Positions 8,809-17,376 of a stretch of DNA of 32,393 nt are shown here, piece by piece. Source of the stretch: Candidatus Izemoplasmatales bacterium (GTDB lineage: Bacteria > Bacillota_I > Bacilli_A > Izemoplasmatales > Hujiaoplasmataceae); the NCBI GenBank assembly GCA_050177605.1, contig JBFXGX010000001.1, positions 46,566 to 78,958 on the forward strand, given 5' to 3'. The notes under the pieces are model-generated. The model was not told the origin of the DNA. It worked only from the letters and a program-made list of their open reading frames with translations, and did not search any database. The position numbers and the translations under genes were made by a program. Position 1 is the first letter of the stretch; every line of letters starts with the position of its first letter.

Positions 8809-9549
8809 TTAAGAGATTTTTAAAAACCAAGCTTGAAATGAAATCTCTTCATTCATATCTTCAAGCTCTCGCGTAGCTTCAAAAACAATTTTATTTTCTA
8901 TACTGACTGCCTTGATATGCACCTTATCACCAAGATATAACGGTGAAATAAAATTGATTTGGTATGCATATAAGTCAGATGGAATTCCAAACAAATCACG
9001 TATGTACTTGACATAAATCGTGTTATTAACATGATTATTAAAATCTAAGTCTTCTTGCTTCACTACGAGAGATTTAAGAATCACTTCTTGATCTGAAGGA
9101 AAATCAATCCTTTTTAAACCTTCATTTGAAAACTCAATCGCTTCTTTTGAGAATTGTAAATTTGTCACAAAGTCAAGTTGGTTTGTTTTGACGAGTTTTA
9201 GTGTTTCATTACTAACGACGGACCACTTTGCTACGCCGGTAATCAAACAAAGTCCTTCGGAATTAAAGAGTTGATAATATCGATTAATGCCGGCGCCAGT
9301 TGGAGGTGTTAAAAATGTTTCAATCGTTAACATATCATTCAAACGAGGCATCTGTTTGATTTCAACCATCAACCTAGATACGACCCAAAAGAATCCTCGT
9401 TTTTTCATATCATCAAATCCGAAGCCTAGTAAATAACCATGCTCATCACTAATATTTTGAATTCTTCTTTGTAAGGAGTCTAAAAGAATATATCCTTCAG
9501 GGCCAACTTCACTTTGTTCTATCCGAAAGGATTTTTTGAATACTTCCAT
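8809..9549 (-). CDS. Acyl-ACP thioesterase (FatA/FatB-like double hot-dog fold)
   Basis: FWVVSRLMVEI, IETF and the catalytic DLDFNNHVNNTIY motif. Confidence 0.9.
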   Translation of the reverse strand: MEVFKKSFRIEQSEVGPEGYILLDSLQRRIQNISDEHGYLLGFGFDDMKKRGFFWVVSRLMVEIKQMPRLNDMLTIETFLTPPTGAGINRYYQLFNSEGLCLITGVAKWSVVSNETLKLVKTNQLDFVTNLQFSKEAIEFSNEGLKRIDFPSDQEVILKSLVVKQEDLDFNNHVNNTIYVKYIRDLFGIPSDLYAYQINFISPLYLGDKVHIKAVSIENKIVFEATRELEDMNEEISFQAWFLKIS

Positions 9550-11354
9550 TATCTTGAGCCTGCCTTTTTTGGACGAATTAGGCAGTTTTTTTCATAACCA
9601 ATTAAATCAAATCTTTTTGCTTTGGATAATGCTTCATATACCAAATCATAGTTTTTAGGATTACGGTACTGAATCAGTGCTCTTTGCAATGATTTGTCAT
9701 GAGCTGTTTTTGCAACATAAAGCACAGACCCATCGCGTGGATCTTTTTCAAGATAATACATCATTGTCGAAAGGGTCATCGGTGTTGGGTAGAAATCTTG
9801 AACTTGTTCCGGATTATAGCCCATGTCGCGAATATATTCAGCCAAAATGATCGCATCATCTAAAGATGAGCCAGGATGACTGCTCATTAAATAAGGGACG
9901 AGATATTGTTCCTTATGAATGCTTTTCGTAATATCATAAAACTTTTGAACAAACTCATCGTAGAGTTTTCTAGATGGTTTTCCCATCTTGTCAAGAACAT
10001 TACTAGATACGTGTTCAGGAGCGACTTTCAGTTGTCCAGACACGTGATGTTCAAGTAGTTCATGAAAGAATGTATCATCTTTGTCATACATTAAATAATC
10101 ATATCGAATACCACTTCGAACAAAGACTTTCTTCACGCCATCAAGTTCTCGTAAACTTCTTAAAATATCAAGATAATCTTGATGATCAACTTTTAAACTT
10201 TTACATGGTGTCGGATGCAAACATTGTTTTGTTTTACATACGCCATAATTCTCTTGTTTATCACAAGCTTTATGATAAAAATTCGCAGTCGGTCCACCAA
10301 CATCATGGATATAGCCTTTAAATTCCGGGTCACTTATTAAAAGACGTGCTTCATCAACTAATGATTCTTTTGAACGAGAAGTCATCATTCTTCCTTGATG
10401 CATCGTTAATGCGCAGAATGAACATCCTCCAAAGCAACCTCTATTTGCCGTTAATGAAAACTTTATTTCATCCATCGCTTTGATATGCCCGAGCTTTTCG
10501 AGTTCAGGGTGAGCATCTCTCATAAAAGGTAAAGAATAGATTTCATCCATTTCAAAAGAAGTCAATACTCTCATTGCGCTATTTTGAACGACGAAATAAT
10601 CTTCGTATTCTTCTACAAGAGGTTTTCCAACGATGGCATCTGTGTTCGTATATTGGGTCATAAACGAAGACGCTGCTTGATCTTTATGATGAATCACATC
10701 ATGAAAAGAAGGAAGTCTAATTGCATTGTATGGTAAATAGTCTTCATTTTTGGTCTTAAAAACTGTACCATTCACATAAATAATATCATTAATATGGATA
10801 CCAGCTTTTAGAGCTTCTGCGATTTCTAAAATCGCTAGTTCACCCATTCCATAGACAAGCAAATCTGCTTTAGAATCAAGAAGAACACTTTTGCGATAGC
10901 GATCATCCCAGTAATCGTAATGAGACAATCTACGTAAAGAAGCTTCTATCCCACCAAGAATGATAGGTGCGTGCGGATCGATATTTCTAATCACTTGGCT
11001 ATATTTAATTACTGCACGATCTGGCCGTTTACCCATAATTCCACCTGGAGTATAGTAATCGACTTTTCTTCTACGTTTTGAAACAGAATAGTGATTCACC
11101 ATAGAGTCAATATTGCCTGAACTGACTAGCCAACCCAGGCGTGGTTTTCCAAACTCAAGGAAAGAATCTTCTTTATACACATCTGGTTGAGAAAGAATAC
11201 AGACGCTGAATCCATGTCGTTCCAAAAGTCTAGCGATGATGGCCGTGCCAAAAGAAGGATGATCACAATAGGCATCCCCTGAGACAAAGATAAAATCTGG
11301 TTCAGAAATGCCATAGGCTAGCATCTCTTCTTTTGATATTGGAAGATAGGGCAT
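9549..11354 (-). CDS. ygiQ: YgiQ-family (UPF0313) radical SAM protein
   Basis: SGDAYCDHPSFG, GGIEASLRR, radical SAM motif RGCFGGCSFC, DVGGPTAN, KVAPEH, QVQDFYPTP. Confidence 0.95.
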   Translation of the reverse strand: MPYLPISKEEMLAYGISEPDFIFVSGDAYCDHPSFGTAIIARLLERHGFSVCILSQPDVYKEDSFLEFGKPRLGWLVSSGNIDSMVNHYSVSKRRRKVDYYTPGGIMGKRPDRAVIKYSQVIRNIDPHAPIILGGIEASLRRLSHYDYWDDRYRKSVLLDSKADLLVYGMGELAILEIAEALKAGIHINDIIYVNGTVFKTKNEDYLPYNAIRLPSFHDVIHHKDQAASSFMTQYTNTDAIVGKPLVEEYEDYFVVQNSAMRVLTSFEMDEIYSLPFMRDAHPELEKLGHIKAMDEIKFSLTANRGCFGGCSFCALTMHQGRMMTSRSKESLVDEARLLISDPEFKGYIHDVGGPTANFYHKACDKQENYGVCKTKQCLHPTPCKSLKVDHQDYLDILRSLRELDGVKKVFVRSGIRYDYLMYDKDDTFFHELLEHHVSGQLKVAPEHVSSNVLDKMGKPSRKLYDEFVQKFYDITKSIHKEQYLVPYLMSSHPGSSLDDAIILAEYIRDMGYNPEQVQDFYPTPMTLSTMMYYLEKDPRDGSVLYVAKTAHDKSLQRALIQYRNPKNYDLVYEALSKAKRFDLIGYEKNCLIRPKKAGSR

Positions 11355-11355
11355 C

Positions 11356-12042
11356 TTACACCTCGTAGTTTAAAAATAGTTCTTTTAAATCCGCTCTGAT
11401 TTGTTTATAATTTGGTGAAAGGGTTTCGAGTAATTGATAAAAATTGTCTTGATGACCTTTTATTTTTAAATGTACCAATTCATGAAGTAGAATTGCATGT
11501 AAATATATTGGGTCAAAAAAAGCTAGACTACTATTCAATTTAATGACTTTTTTAAGTGTATGGCAACTTCCAAATTGTGATTTCATTGGTTGTGCCTTAA
11601 TTAACAAACCTGAGATATTCAAATATTTGCTTAATTCTTGCTTATGCATTTCAAGGTAAACTAAAGCTTCATGAACAACCTTATCTGTGGCAATTTGCTT
11701 CAGCACAAGAACGATATCAGATTCCTTTTTATACGATACGATAAGTTCTTGTTTAATAAATGAGTATCCACTATGTGGTGCTTCCTTTTTAATGAGGGAA
11801 TAGCTTTGTCCAAAGAAACTGACATGAACTGCATCGGTATCATAAAAACTTGGTTTTGCTAAGCTTCTTTCTAGAATACGTGACTGGTTTTTTTGTATCA
11901 TCTGTACAATTTGCGTTTCAGTAGTATAAGGATTTGATGAAACATAGATGGTGTTTCCTTTGACTCGAAGATAGGTATGTTTCATCGCTTTTCTAGTTAA
12001 TACAACGTGGAACTCTCTTCCTGCAAGTAAAATCTTTTCCAT
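11356..12042 (-). CDS. YgjP/DUF45-like (M48/SprT-like) zinc-dependent hydrolase
   Basis: MKSQFGSC and ILLHELVHLK..GHQDNFY correspond to the YgjP family motifs (mKsrWGSC, HELxH..hH...F). Confidence 0.85.
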   Translation of the reverse strand: MEKILLAGREFHVVLTRKAMKHTYLRVKGNTIYVSSNPYTTETQIVQMIQKNQSRILERSLAKPSFYDTDAVHVSFFGQSYSLIKKEAPHSGYSFIKQELIVSYKKESDIVLVLKQIATDKVVHEALVYLEMHKQELSKYLNISGLLIKAQPMKSQFGSCHTLKKVIKLNSSLAFFDPIYLHAILLHELVHLKIKGHQDNFYQLLETLSPNYKQIRADLKELFLNYEV

Positions 12043-12731
12043 TACGAAACCTCTAGAAAATGAATCACAAATTCAGATGTCTGATTTGCAATTTTCTCAC
12101 TAATATCTTGATATACTTGTTGTTGATTCGAGCTCGATACGATATCACTAATCCCACGAATAGATAAGAAAGGCGTATGGAATTTATAACAAGTAATTGC
12201 AATAGCCATACCTTCCATTTCACATGATATTACTTTATCCTTCACTGCCATAATCGGTTTTAATATTTCGATATCTGTCACAAATTGATCGCCCGAAACA
12301 AGGCCACCTATATGTGCTTTAATCCCTTTGTCTTCAAAGATGTATTTAGCTTTTTGAAGTAAAGTTGGGTCCGTCGAAATACTCAGCGGGTCACCAATCA
12401 TCTGTCCATAAGGTACATCGTCGATGGCTGTAAGTGAAACATCAAAATAACTGACTTCACTAGCAAGTACGATTTCACCGGTCTTGACAGGATCAATTCC
12501 TCCAGCAATACCAATATTTAAAACGTACTCAATATCATAGTTATTCAGTAACAATGTTGTGGTGATGGTTGCATTTACTTTCCCAATACCTGATTTTACA
12601 ATCACGATTTCTTTTCCAGCCACATTCCCAATATAAAAAATTTTATCTGCTATTTCATCTCTCCTTAGCATCGACATTTGACTTAATAATAAATCAATTT
12701 CTTTGTCCATTGCTCCAATAATCCCTATCAT
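12042..12731 (-). CDS. mtnN: 5'-methylthioadenosine/S-adenosylhomocysteine nucleosidase
   Basis: IGIIGAM, SGIGKVNA, SGDQFV, EMEG, RGISD motifs. Confidence 0.95.
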   Translation of the reverse strand: MIGIIGAMDKEIDLLLSQMSMLRRDEIADKIFYIGNVAGKEIVIVKSGIGKVNATITTTLLLNNYDIEYVLNIGIAGGIDPVKTGEIVLASEVSYFDVSLTAIDDVPYGQMIGDPLSISTDPTLLQKAKYIFEDKGIKAHIGGLVSGDQFVTDIEILKPIMAVKDKVISCEMEGMAIAITCYKFHTPFLSIRGISDIVSSSNQQQVYQDISEKIANQTSEFVIHFLEVS

Positions 12732-12743
12732 ACGTTACCTCCG

Positions 12744-12778
12744 AAAAAAAGAAAAAAGAGAAAAATTCTCATTTTCTC
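12744..12778 (-). terminator. Weak intrinsic terminator after greA
   Basis: Minus strand GAGAAAA-7 nt-TTTTCTC followed by a long T tract; the stem is AT-rich, so it may be leaky. Confidence 0.5.
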
Positions 12779-12779
12779 A

Positions 12780-13247
12780 TTATTTGATGTCGATAATCTC
12801 CACACTAATTTCTTTGCCTGTTTCTGCTTTATATGTGACAGATTGTCCTTTTTTGTGTCCGATGAGGGCTCTTCCTAAAGGACTTTCATTCGATATTTTA
12901 CCATTTAAAGGATTTGCTTCTAGGTGTCCTACAATTGTGTATTCCTTTTCAATGTTATTTCCAACGAATTTAACATTGACTGTTTTTCCAATCATGACGA
13001 CACGTGAAGCAGTATCACGAATGATTTCTGAGTGCTTTAAAATGTTCTCAATCTCTTTAATTCTCGCTTCAATCCTTGCTTGTTCGTCCCTTGCTGCATC
13101 ATAATCGGCGTTTTCAGATAGATCACCTTGAGCTCTCGCTTCTTTTAAAGCTTCTAAATTTTCTTTTCTGTCGACTTCTTTCAGTGTTTCAAGTTCATCC
13201 TTCAAATTTTGAAAGCCAGCTTCAGTTAATTTAAAAGTATTTTCCAT
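12780..13247 (-). CDS. greA: Transcription elongation factor GreA
   Basis: ARAQGDLSENADYDAA and ISNESPLGRALIG motifs. Confidence 0.98.
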   Translation of the reverse strand: MENTFKLTEAGFQNLKDELETLKEVDRKENLEALKEARAQGDLSENADYDAARDEQARIEARIKEIENILKHSEIIRDTASRVVMIGKTVNVKFVGNNIEKEYTIVGHLEANPLNGKISNESPLGRALIGHKKGQSVTYKAETGKEISVEIIDIK

Positions 13248-13277
13248 TGCTTTGTCTCCTTATGTTAAGTGCTTAAT

Positions 13278-13305
13278 ATTATATCATAATATTTATATTT
13301 GTAAA
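13278..13305 (-). promoter_or_regulatory. Internal promoter for greA
   Basis: TTTACA, 16 bp spacer, TATAAT with a TG extension in the udk-greA gap. Confidence 0.55.
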
Positions 13306-13310
13306 AGGTT

Positions 13311-13931
13311 TTATTTCTCTAAGATTGACATTATTTTAGAATGAATTAAATCTACTGCAACATCGTGAGAATAATCATTCGGAATGATAATATCGGCATA
13401 TCTTTTTGTTGGCTTCACAAATGCATAATGCATCGGTTTTACAGTCGTTAAGTATTGATTAATGATACTTTCTAAAGTTCTTCCTCTTTCAACTAAATCT
13501 CGTTTTAACCTGCGAATAAATCGTAAGTCATTATCCGCTTCAACAAAGATTTTGATGTCACATAAGGAACGAATTTTAACATCCTCTAAAACGAGAATAC
13601 CTTCTAAGATAATTATCTTAGCTGGTTGAATTGTTTCTGTTTCTTTTGCCCTTGTTAAATTAACAAAATCATAGGTAGGTTTATGAATTTCTTCGTATTT
13701 TAATAACTTTTGAATATGTTCAAAAAATAACTCATTATCGAGTGCAAGCGGATGATCATAATTTACTTCTTGACGCTCTTCCATTGTCATATTACTTTGA
13801 TCTTTATAATAGTCATCATGCTTAATTACGACCACTGGATAATTTTTCAAATCTTTGACGATATTATTAACAACAGTTGTTTTTCCAGAAGAAGATCCCC
13901 CAGCAACAGCAATAATGATAGGTCGTTCCAT
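13311..13931 (-). CDS. udk: Uridine kinase
   Basis: GGSSSGKTT, DDYYKDQS, NYDHP, RRLKRDLVERGR, PTKRYADIIIP. Confidence 0.97.
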   Translation of the reverse strand: MERPIIIAVAGGSSSGKTTVVNNIVKDLKNYPVVVIKHDDYYKDQSNMTMEERQEVNYDHPLALDNELFFEHIQKLLKYEEIHKPTYDFVNLTRAKETETIQPAKIIILEGILVLEDVKIRSLCDIKIFVEADNDLRFIRRLKRDLVERGRTLESIINQYLTTVKPMHYAFVKPTKRYADIIIPNDYSHDVAVDLIHSKIMSILEK

Positions 13932-13932
13932 A

Positions 13933-15117
13933 TTAAAATACCTTCCTTAATAAGTCATAGGGTTCAAGTTTTATGCTTACTTTGATTTTAATTTTTTGTA
14001 ATGGATGTCTCGCAACATCAAGGGTCAGTCCTTCTTCGTTTTCCATTGAAACAACTTCAAATATTTCATTTTGATCTACTGGAGAAAAGCGTTCAAGCTT
14101 ATCGCCAATTGTGAAATAGTTTCTTTGTTCAATCCAAGCCTCTTGATTGACTTCATCATACGATAAGACGATGCCAACAAATTCTTTCGTGGGTACTTCA
14201 CTTCGCATATTGTATAGCTGTTGTTCAGTCGTCGTGGTTCCCTTCATAAAGCCATAAGAAGTTAATCTGTTCTCAGCTTTTTTGATTTCATTTTCATAGA
14301 CTTCAATTGGTAACATTTCATGATTAAAATAATCATCGATTAGTCTTCGGTAAGTATTCACTACGGTTGCGATGTAGTGTATCGACTTCATTCGACCCTC
14401 AATTTTTAACGAAGACACCCCAATTTCACAAAGACGAGGAATAAAGGCAAGTGACTCTAGGTCTTTTGAGGACATTTGGAAATCAAAATCTTCAGATACG
14501 AGTTGTTCCTTCTCATAGAGGTCATATTTCCAACGACAACTATGAGCACATCCACCTCGATTGGCATCCCTATCGGTCATATAGTTTGATAATGTACATC
14601 GTCCAGAATAGGATACACACATTCCTCCGTGGATAAATACTTCAAGTTCAGTTAGCGTGTTTTTCTTGATTTGTTCAATTTCATCTAGAGAACACTCCCT
14701 CGCTAAAACAACACGAGTGATGCCTCTTTTTTGCCAATAACTGGCAAGCAGTGAGGAGGCAACAGATAATTGTGTCGAAAGATGGATTTCCAAATCAGTT
14801 AGTAATTGAGCTCTTTCAATAATCACTGGACTTGAACAAATAATTGCATCAACGCCAATTTGATCGAGACTTTTAAGATAATCATCTAAATACATTAAAT
14901 CATCATTTCGAGGAACGATATTGGTTGTAATATAGATTTTCTTTCCAAGAGAATGCGCAAAGTCAGTCGCTTCTTTAATTTTATCTATAGTAAATTTCGA
15001 TGCACGGGCTCTTAATGAGAACATCGTTCCGCCAATATAAACCGCATCTGCCCCATAAAGCAGTGCTATTTTAACTTTCTCTAAATCGCCAGCTGGCGCT
15101 AATAATTCTGGTTTCAT
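13933..15117 (-). CDS. trhP1: Peptidase U32-family tRNA hydroxylation protein, large subunit (YrrO/TrhP1-like)
   Basis: KPELLAPAG, HLSTQ, HGGMCVSYSGRC, NRGGCAHSCR (Fe-S cysteines), SLKIEGRMK; yrrM-yrrN-yrrO-udk-greA synteny. Confidence 0.88.
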   Translation of the reverse strand: MKPELLAPAGDLEKVKIALLYGADAVYIGGTMFSLRARASKFTIDKIKEATDFAHSLGKKIYITTNIVPRNDDLMYLDDYLKSLDQIGVDAIICSSPVIIERAQLLTDLEIHLSTQLSVASSLLASYWQKRGITRVVLARECSLDEIEQIKKNTLTELEVFIHGGMCVSYSGRCTLSNYMTDRDANRGGCAHSCRWKYDLYEKEQLVSEDFDFQMSSKDLESLAFIPRLCEIGVSSLKIEGRMKSIHYIATVVNTYRRLIDDYFNHEMLPIEVYENEIKKAENRLTSYGFMKGTTTTEQQLYNMRSEVPTKEFVGIVLSYDEVNQEAWIEQRNYFTIGDKLERFSPVDQNEIFEVVSMENEEGLTLDVARHPLQKIKIKVSIKLEPYDLLRKVF

Positions 15118-15998
15118 TCACTACCACCTTCTTTAGTGAAAGCAATATCGCGATAGTAGAAACCACTATCAAAATGATGAGGATATTTCTCTAAAAAAGA
15201 CTGTTGTGTGGATGGATCGCTGTAGGCAAGAAGCGAATCATAGTACTCTCTATCTTCCATAAAAATTCGTTCTACAAAAAAATCGGTAAGATAAGGACTG
15301 ATGACTCCAATTTCAGTAAAAGAATGGAGAGGATGACTACGATAAATCGTCGTGCCAAACGAATCTTCGATAATCGGATAATGGTCTTCTTTTCGAAGTT
15401 CCTCAATCAGATAAAAATCTTGGTTCCCGAGCAGATCATTTCGAGGATGATTTTTGTGAATATAGTAGTTTTGAAGAAGAGGTCTTTTCGAATAAAACAT
15501 TTCTTGGTAACCATGTCCAATATAGGAAAATTCAACATCTTCAGTTACTAACATAATTTGCATCATATGATGAAGAGTAATTTCTTTTGATAGTGTTAAT
15601 CCTTTCATCTTATTCACTTTCACAAAAATGGGATCGTAATAATTCGTCGTTAACGTACCTGGTTGATAAATCATTTTATTTTCGAGTGAAAATTCACTCA
15701 AAAGAGGATACATTGAAAAATCAAAGCAAACAAAACCATCTATCTTTGTGTTTTGAATTGAACTTAAAAACGCACGATAAATCTGAATTTGACTTTCATG
15801 TATCATGGTATTCATTAACAAGTAAATTTCTTTACCGATCGCATGAATCTTAGAACTGAGCTCTTTAATTTCATCGATTGATTTTCCATGTAATGAATTT
15901 CTTGTGAAAGAACTTGTATGCACTAAAAGAACATCTGCGCCAAGGCTTACTAGATGTTCTAATTCGTTGATGTCATAGAGATGTGCAACAATTCTCAA
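15114..15998 (-). CDS. trhP2: Peptidase U32-family small subunit (YrrN/TrhP2-like), divergent
   Basis: IYLLMNTMIHE, YQPGTLTTN, LSKEITL, HGYQEMFYSKRPLL, YPIIEDSFGT motifs; lies between the yrrM and yrrO homologs; TTG start. Confidence 0.78.
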   Translation of the reverse strand: MRIVAHLYDINELEHLVSLGADVLLVHTSSFTRNSLHGKSIDEIKELSSKIHAIGKEIYLLMNTMIHESQIQIYRAFLSSIQNTKIDGFVCFDFSMYPLLSEFSLENKMIYQPGTLTTNYYDPIFVKVNKMKGLTLSKEITLHHMMQIMLVTEDVEFSYIGHGYQEMFYSKRPLLQNYYIHKNHPRNDLLGNQDFYLIEELRKEDHYPIIEDSFGTTIYRSHPLHSFTEIGVISPYLTDFFVERIFMEDREYYDSLLAYSDPSTQQSFLEKYPHHFDSGFYYRDIAFTKEGGSE

Positions 15999-16008
15999 AT
16001 CAAAAACC

Positions 16009-16626
16009 TCATTTCAAATAAGAGAGGGCGATTCCATCACCAATCTCATAAATATGGGTATGATATTCCTCTTTTTTGGTTACCCATTCATTAAATTGGT
16101 GAATTTTGTTCACCAATTGTCTTGTTCTTTTGTTTTTATCGACAAGGTCTTTTCCTACCATATCATGAAACAAAAGATTATCTGTAAATATAACACCATG
16201 CGGTGCTAAATATTTTTCGTATTTTTCAAAAAATTTGATATATTGACCTTTCGCTGCATCAATAAAGATAACATCATATAACCCAAATATATCATTTGGA
16301 ATTGTTAAGGCATCGCCTTCAATGAGTGTTACATTTTTTTCTTTTCCTGAAGTAGTGAAATGACGTTTTGCGAGTTCGATCATTTCAGGGTCACGTTCTA
16401 TTGTAGTAACATGCACGCCTGTTCTAAAAATCATTTGTAAAGCACTATAGCCAATTGCGCTTCCGATTTCAAGCACACGAGACGCTTTCGATATTTCAAT
16501 GACGTGAATTAAAAGTTCTAACCCCTCATCTTGAATAATCGGTACGTGATGAAGATTGGCATATATTTTCATCTCATCCAATAAAGGATTTTTATACACA
16601 GGATTTAGTTGTTCTAGATAACTCAA
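16009..16626 (-). CDS. trmR: O-methyltransferase YrrM/TrmR (tRNA 5-hydroxyuridine methyltransferase)
   Basis: HVPII, VLEIGSAIGYSA, IFIDAAKGQY, DNLLFH, IGDGI motifs. Probable TTG start at 16626 behind RBS GGAAGGTG (track start 16635). Confidence 0.85.
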   Translation of the reverse strand: MSYLEQLNPVYKNPLLDEMKIYANLHHVPIIQDEGLELLIHVIEISKASRVLEIGSAIGYSALQMIFRTGVHVTTIERDPEMIELAKRHFTTSGKEKNVTLIEGDALTIPNDIFGLYDVIFIDAAKGQYIKFFEKYEKYLAPHGVIFTDNLLFHDMVGKDLVDKNKRTRQLVNKIHQFNEWVTKKEEYHTHIYEIGDGIALSYLK

Positions 16627-16666
16627 ATAAATCACCTTCCAAAAAAGATTTAAGAAGAGTAGATTT

Positions 16667-16954
16667 CTACTCTTCTTCCTCTTCTAGATCTTCTTCGCTG
16701 TCTTCTAAAAAACTTTCGAGTACTTCTTCTACGAAAGCCCATTCTTCTTCTGATTCGATTTGTTCTAATTGTCCTTCATCGCCATCTTCAGGGTTGAATC
16801 CAGCTGCGTAATATTCGCCGCTATCGTCATCCTTGATTTGATAAACAACATAAGATTTTCCAAATTCTTCTGATTCAAAAGTCATAATGATATTGCATTC
16901 GATTTCATTGCCTTCTTCGTCTGTCACGAATAAAGTTTCAAATTCGTTTTCCAT
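16667..16954 (-). CDS. DUF1292 (YrzB-like) acidic protein
   Basis: DEEGNE...FESEEFGKSYVV...IESEEEW; follows ruvX. ATG at 16954 behind RBS AAGGTGA. Confidence 0.88.
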   Translation of the reverse strand: MENEFETLFVTDEEGNEIECNIIMTFESEEFGKSYVVYQIKDDDSGEYYAAGFNPEDGDEGQLEQIESEEEWAFVEEVLESFLEDSEEDLEEEEE

Positions 16955-16959
16955 AGTTC

Positions 16960-17376
16960 TCACCTTCTGCTATCTAAATAGCTTTGTAAAATGACTGTTG
17001 CGGCCAGACGGTCGACAACTTGTCTTTGTTTCTTTGAATTAACTTTCGACTGTGTCATCACGGAGTGAACCATTTTTGACGTAAGTCGCTCATCCCAAAG
17101 GATGATTTTTACATTACTGATTTTTTCAAGGTTCATTTTGAAATCTTCAGATACTTTTGCTTGGAACCCACTACTGCCATCCATATTCTTCGGATGGCCA
17201 AGGATAACTAGTTCCACTTTATTATTATCGATAAAATTCTTGACATAGTCAAGAGGAATTTGATAATTTCCTTCTTCAAAGCGAAAAGTTTCAATTCCTG
17301 AAGCTAAAATCATCGATGGATCAGATAAAGCAATACCACAAGTCTTGGACCCAAGGTCAAGTCCTAAAGCCCTCAC
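16960..17376 (-). CDS. ruvX: Holliday junction resolvase-like / pre-16S rRNA nuclease RuvX (YqgF/YrrK)
   Basis: LGLDLGSKTCGIALSD, GHPKNMDG, WDERLTS, DRLAATVILQSYLD. Confidence 0.95.
   Translation of the reverse strand: MRALGLDLGSKTCGIALSDPSMILASGIETFRFEEGNYQIPLDYVKNFIDNNKVELVILGHPKNMDGSSGFQAKVSEDFKMNLEKISNVKIILWDERLTSKMVHSVMTQSKVNSKKQRQVVDRLAATVILQSYLDSRR

Noticed and set aside
11356..12042. YgjP/M48-like gene as a marker of a type I restriction or defence island
   Set aside because: No hsd, toxin, nuclease or mobile genes nearby; it sits in a housekeeping operon.
12703..13104. 133 aa plus-strand ORF
   Set aside because: Antisense to greA, a typical shadow ORF.
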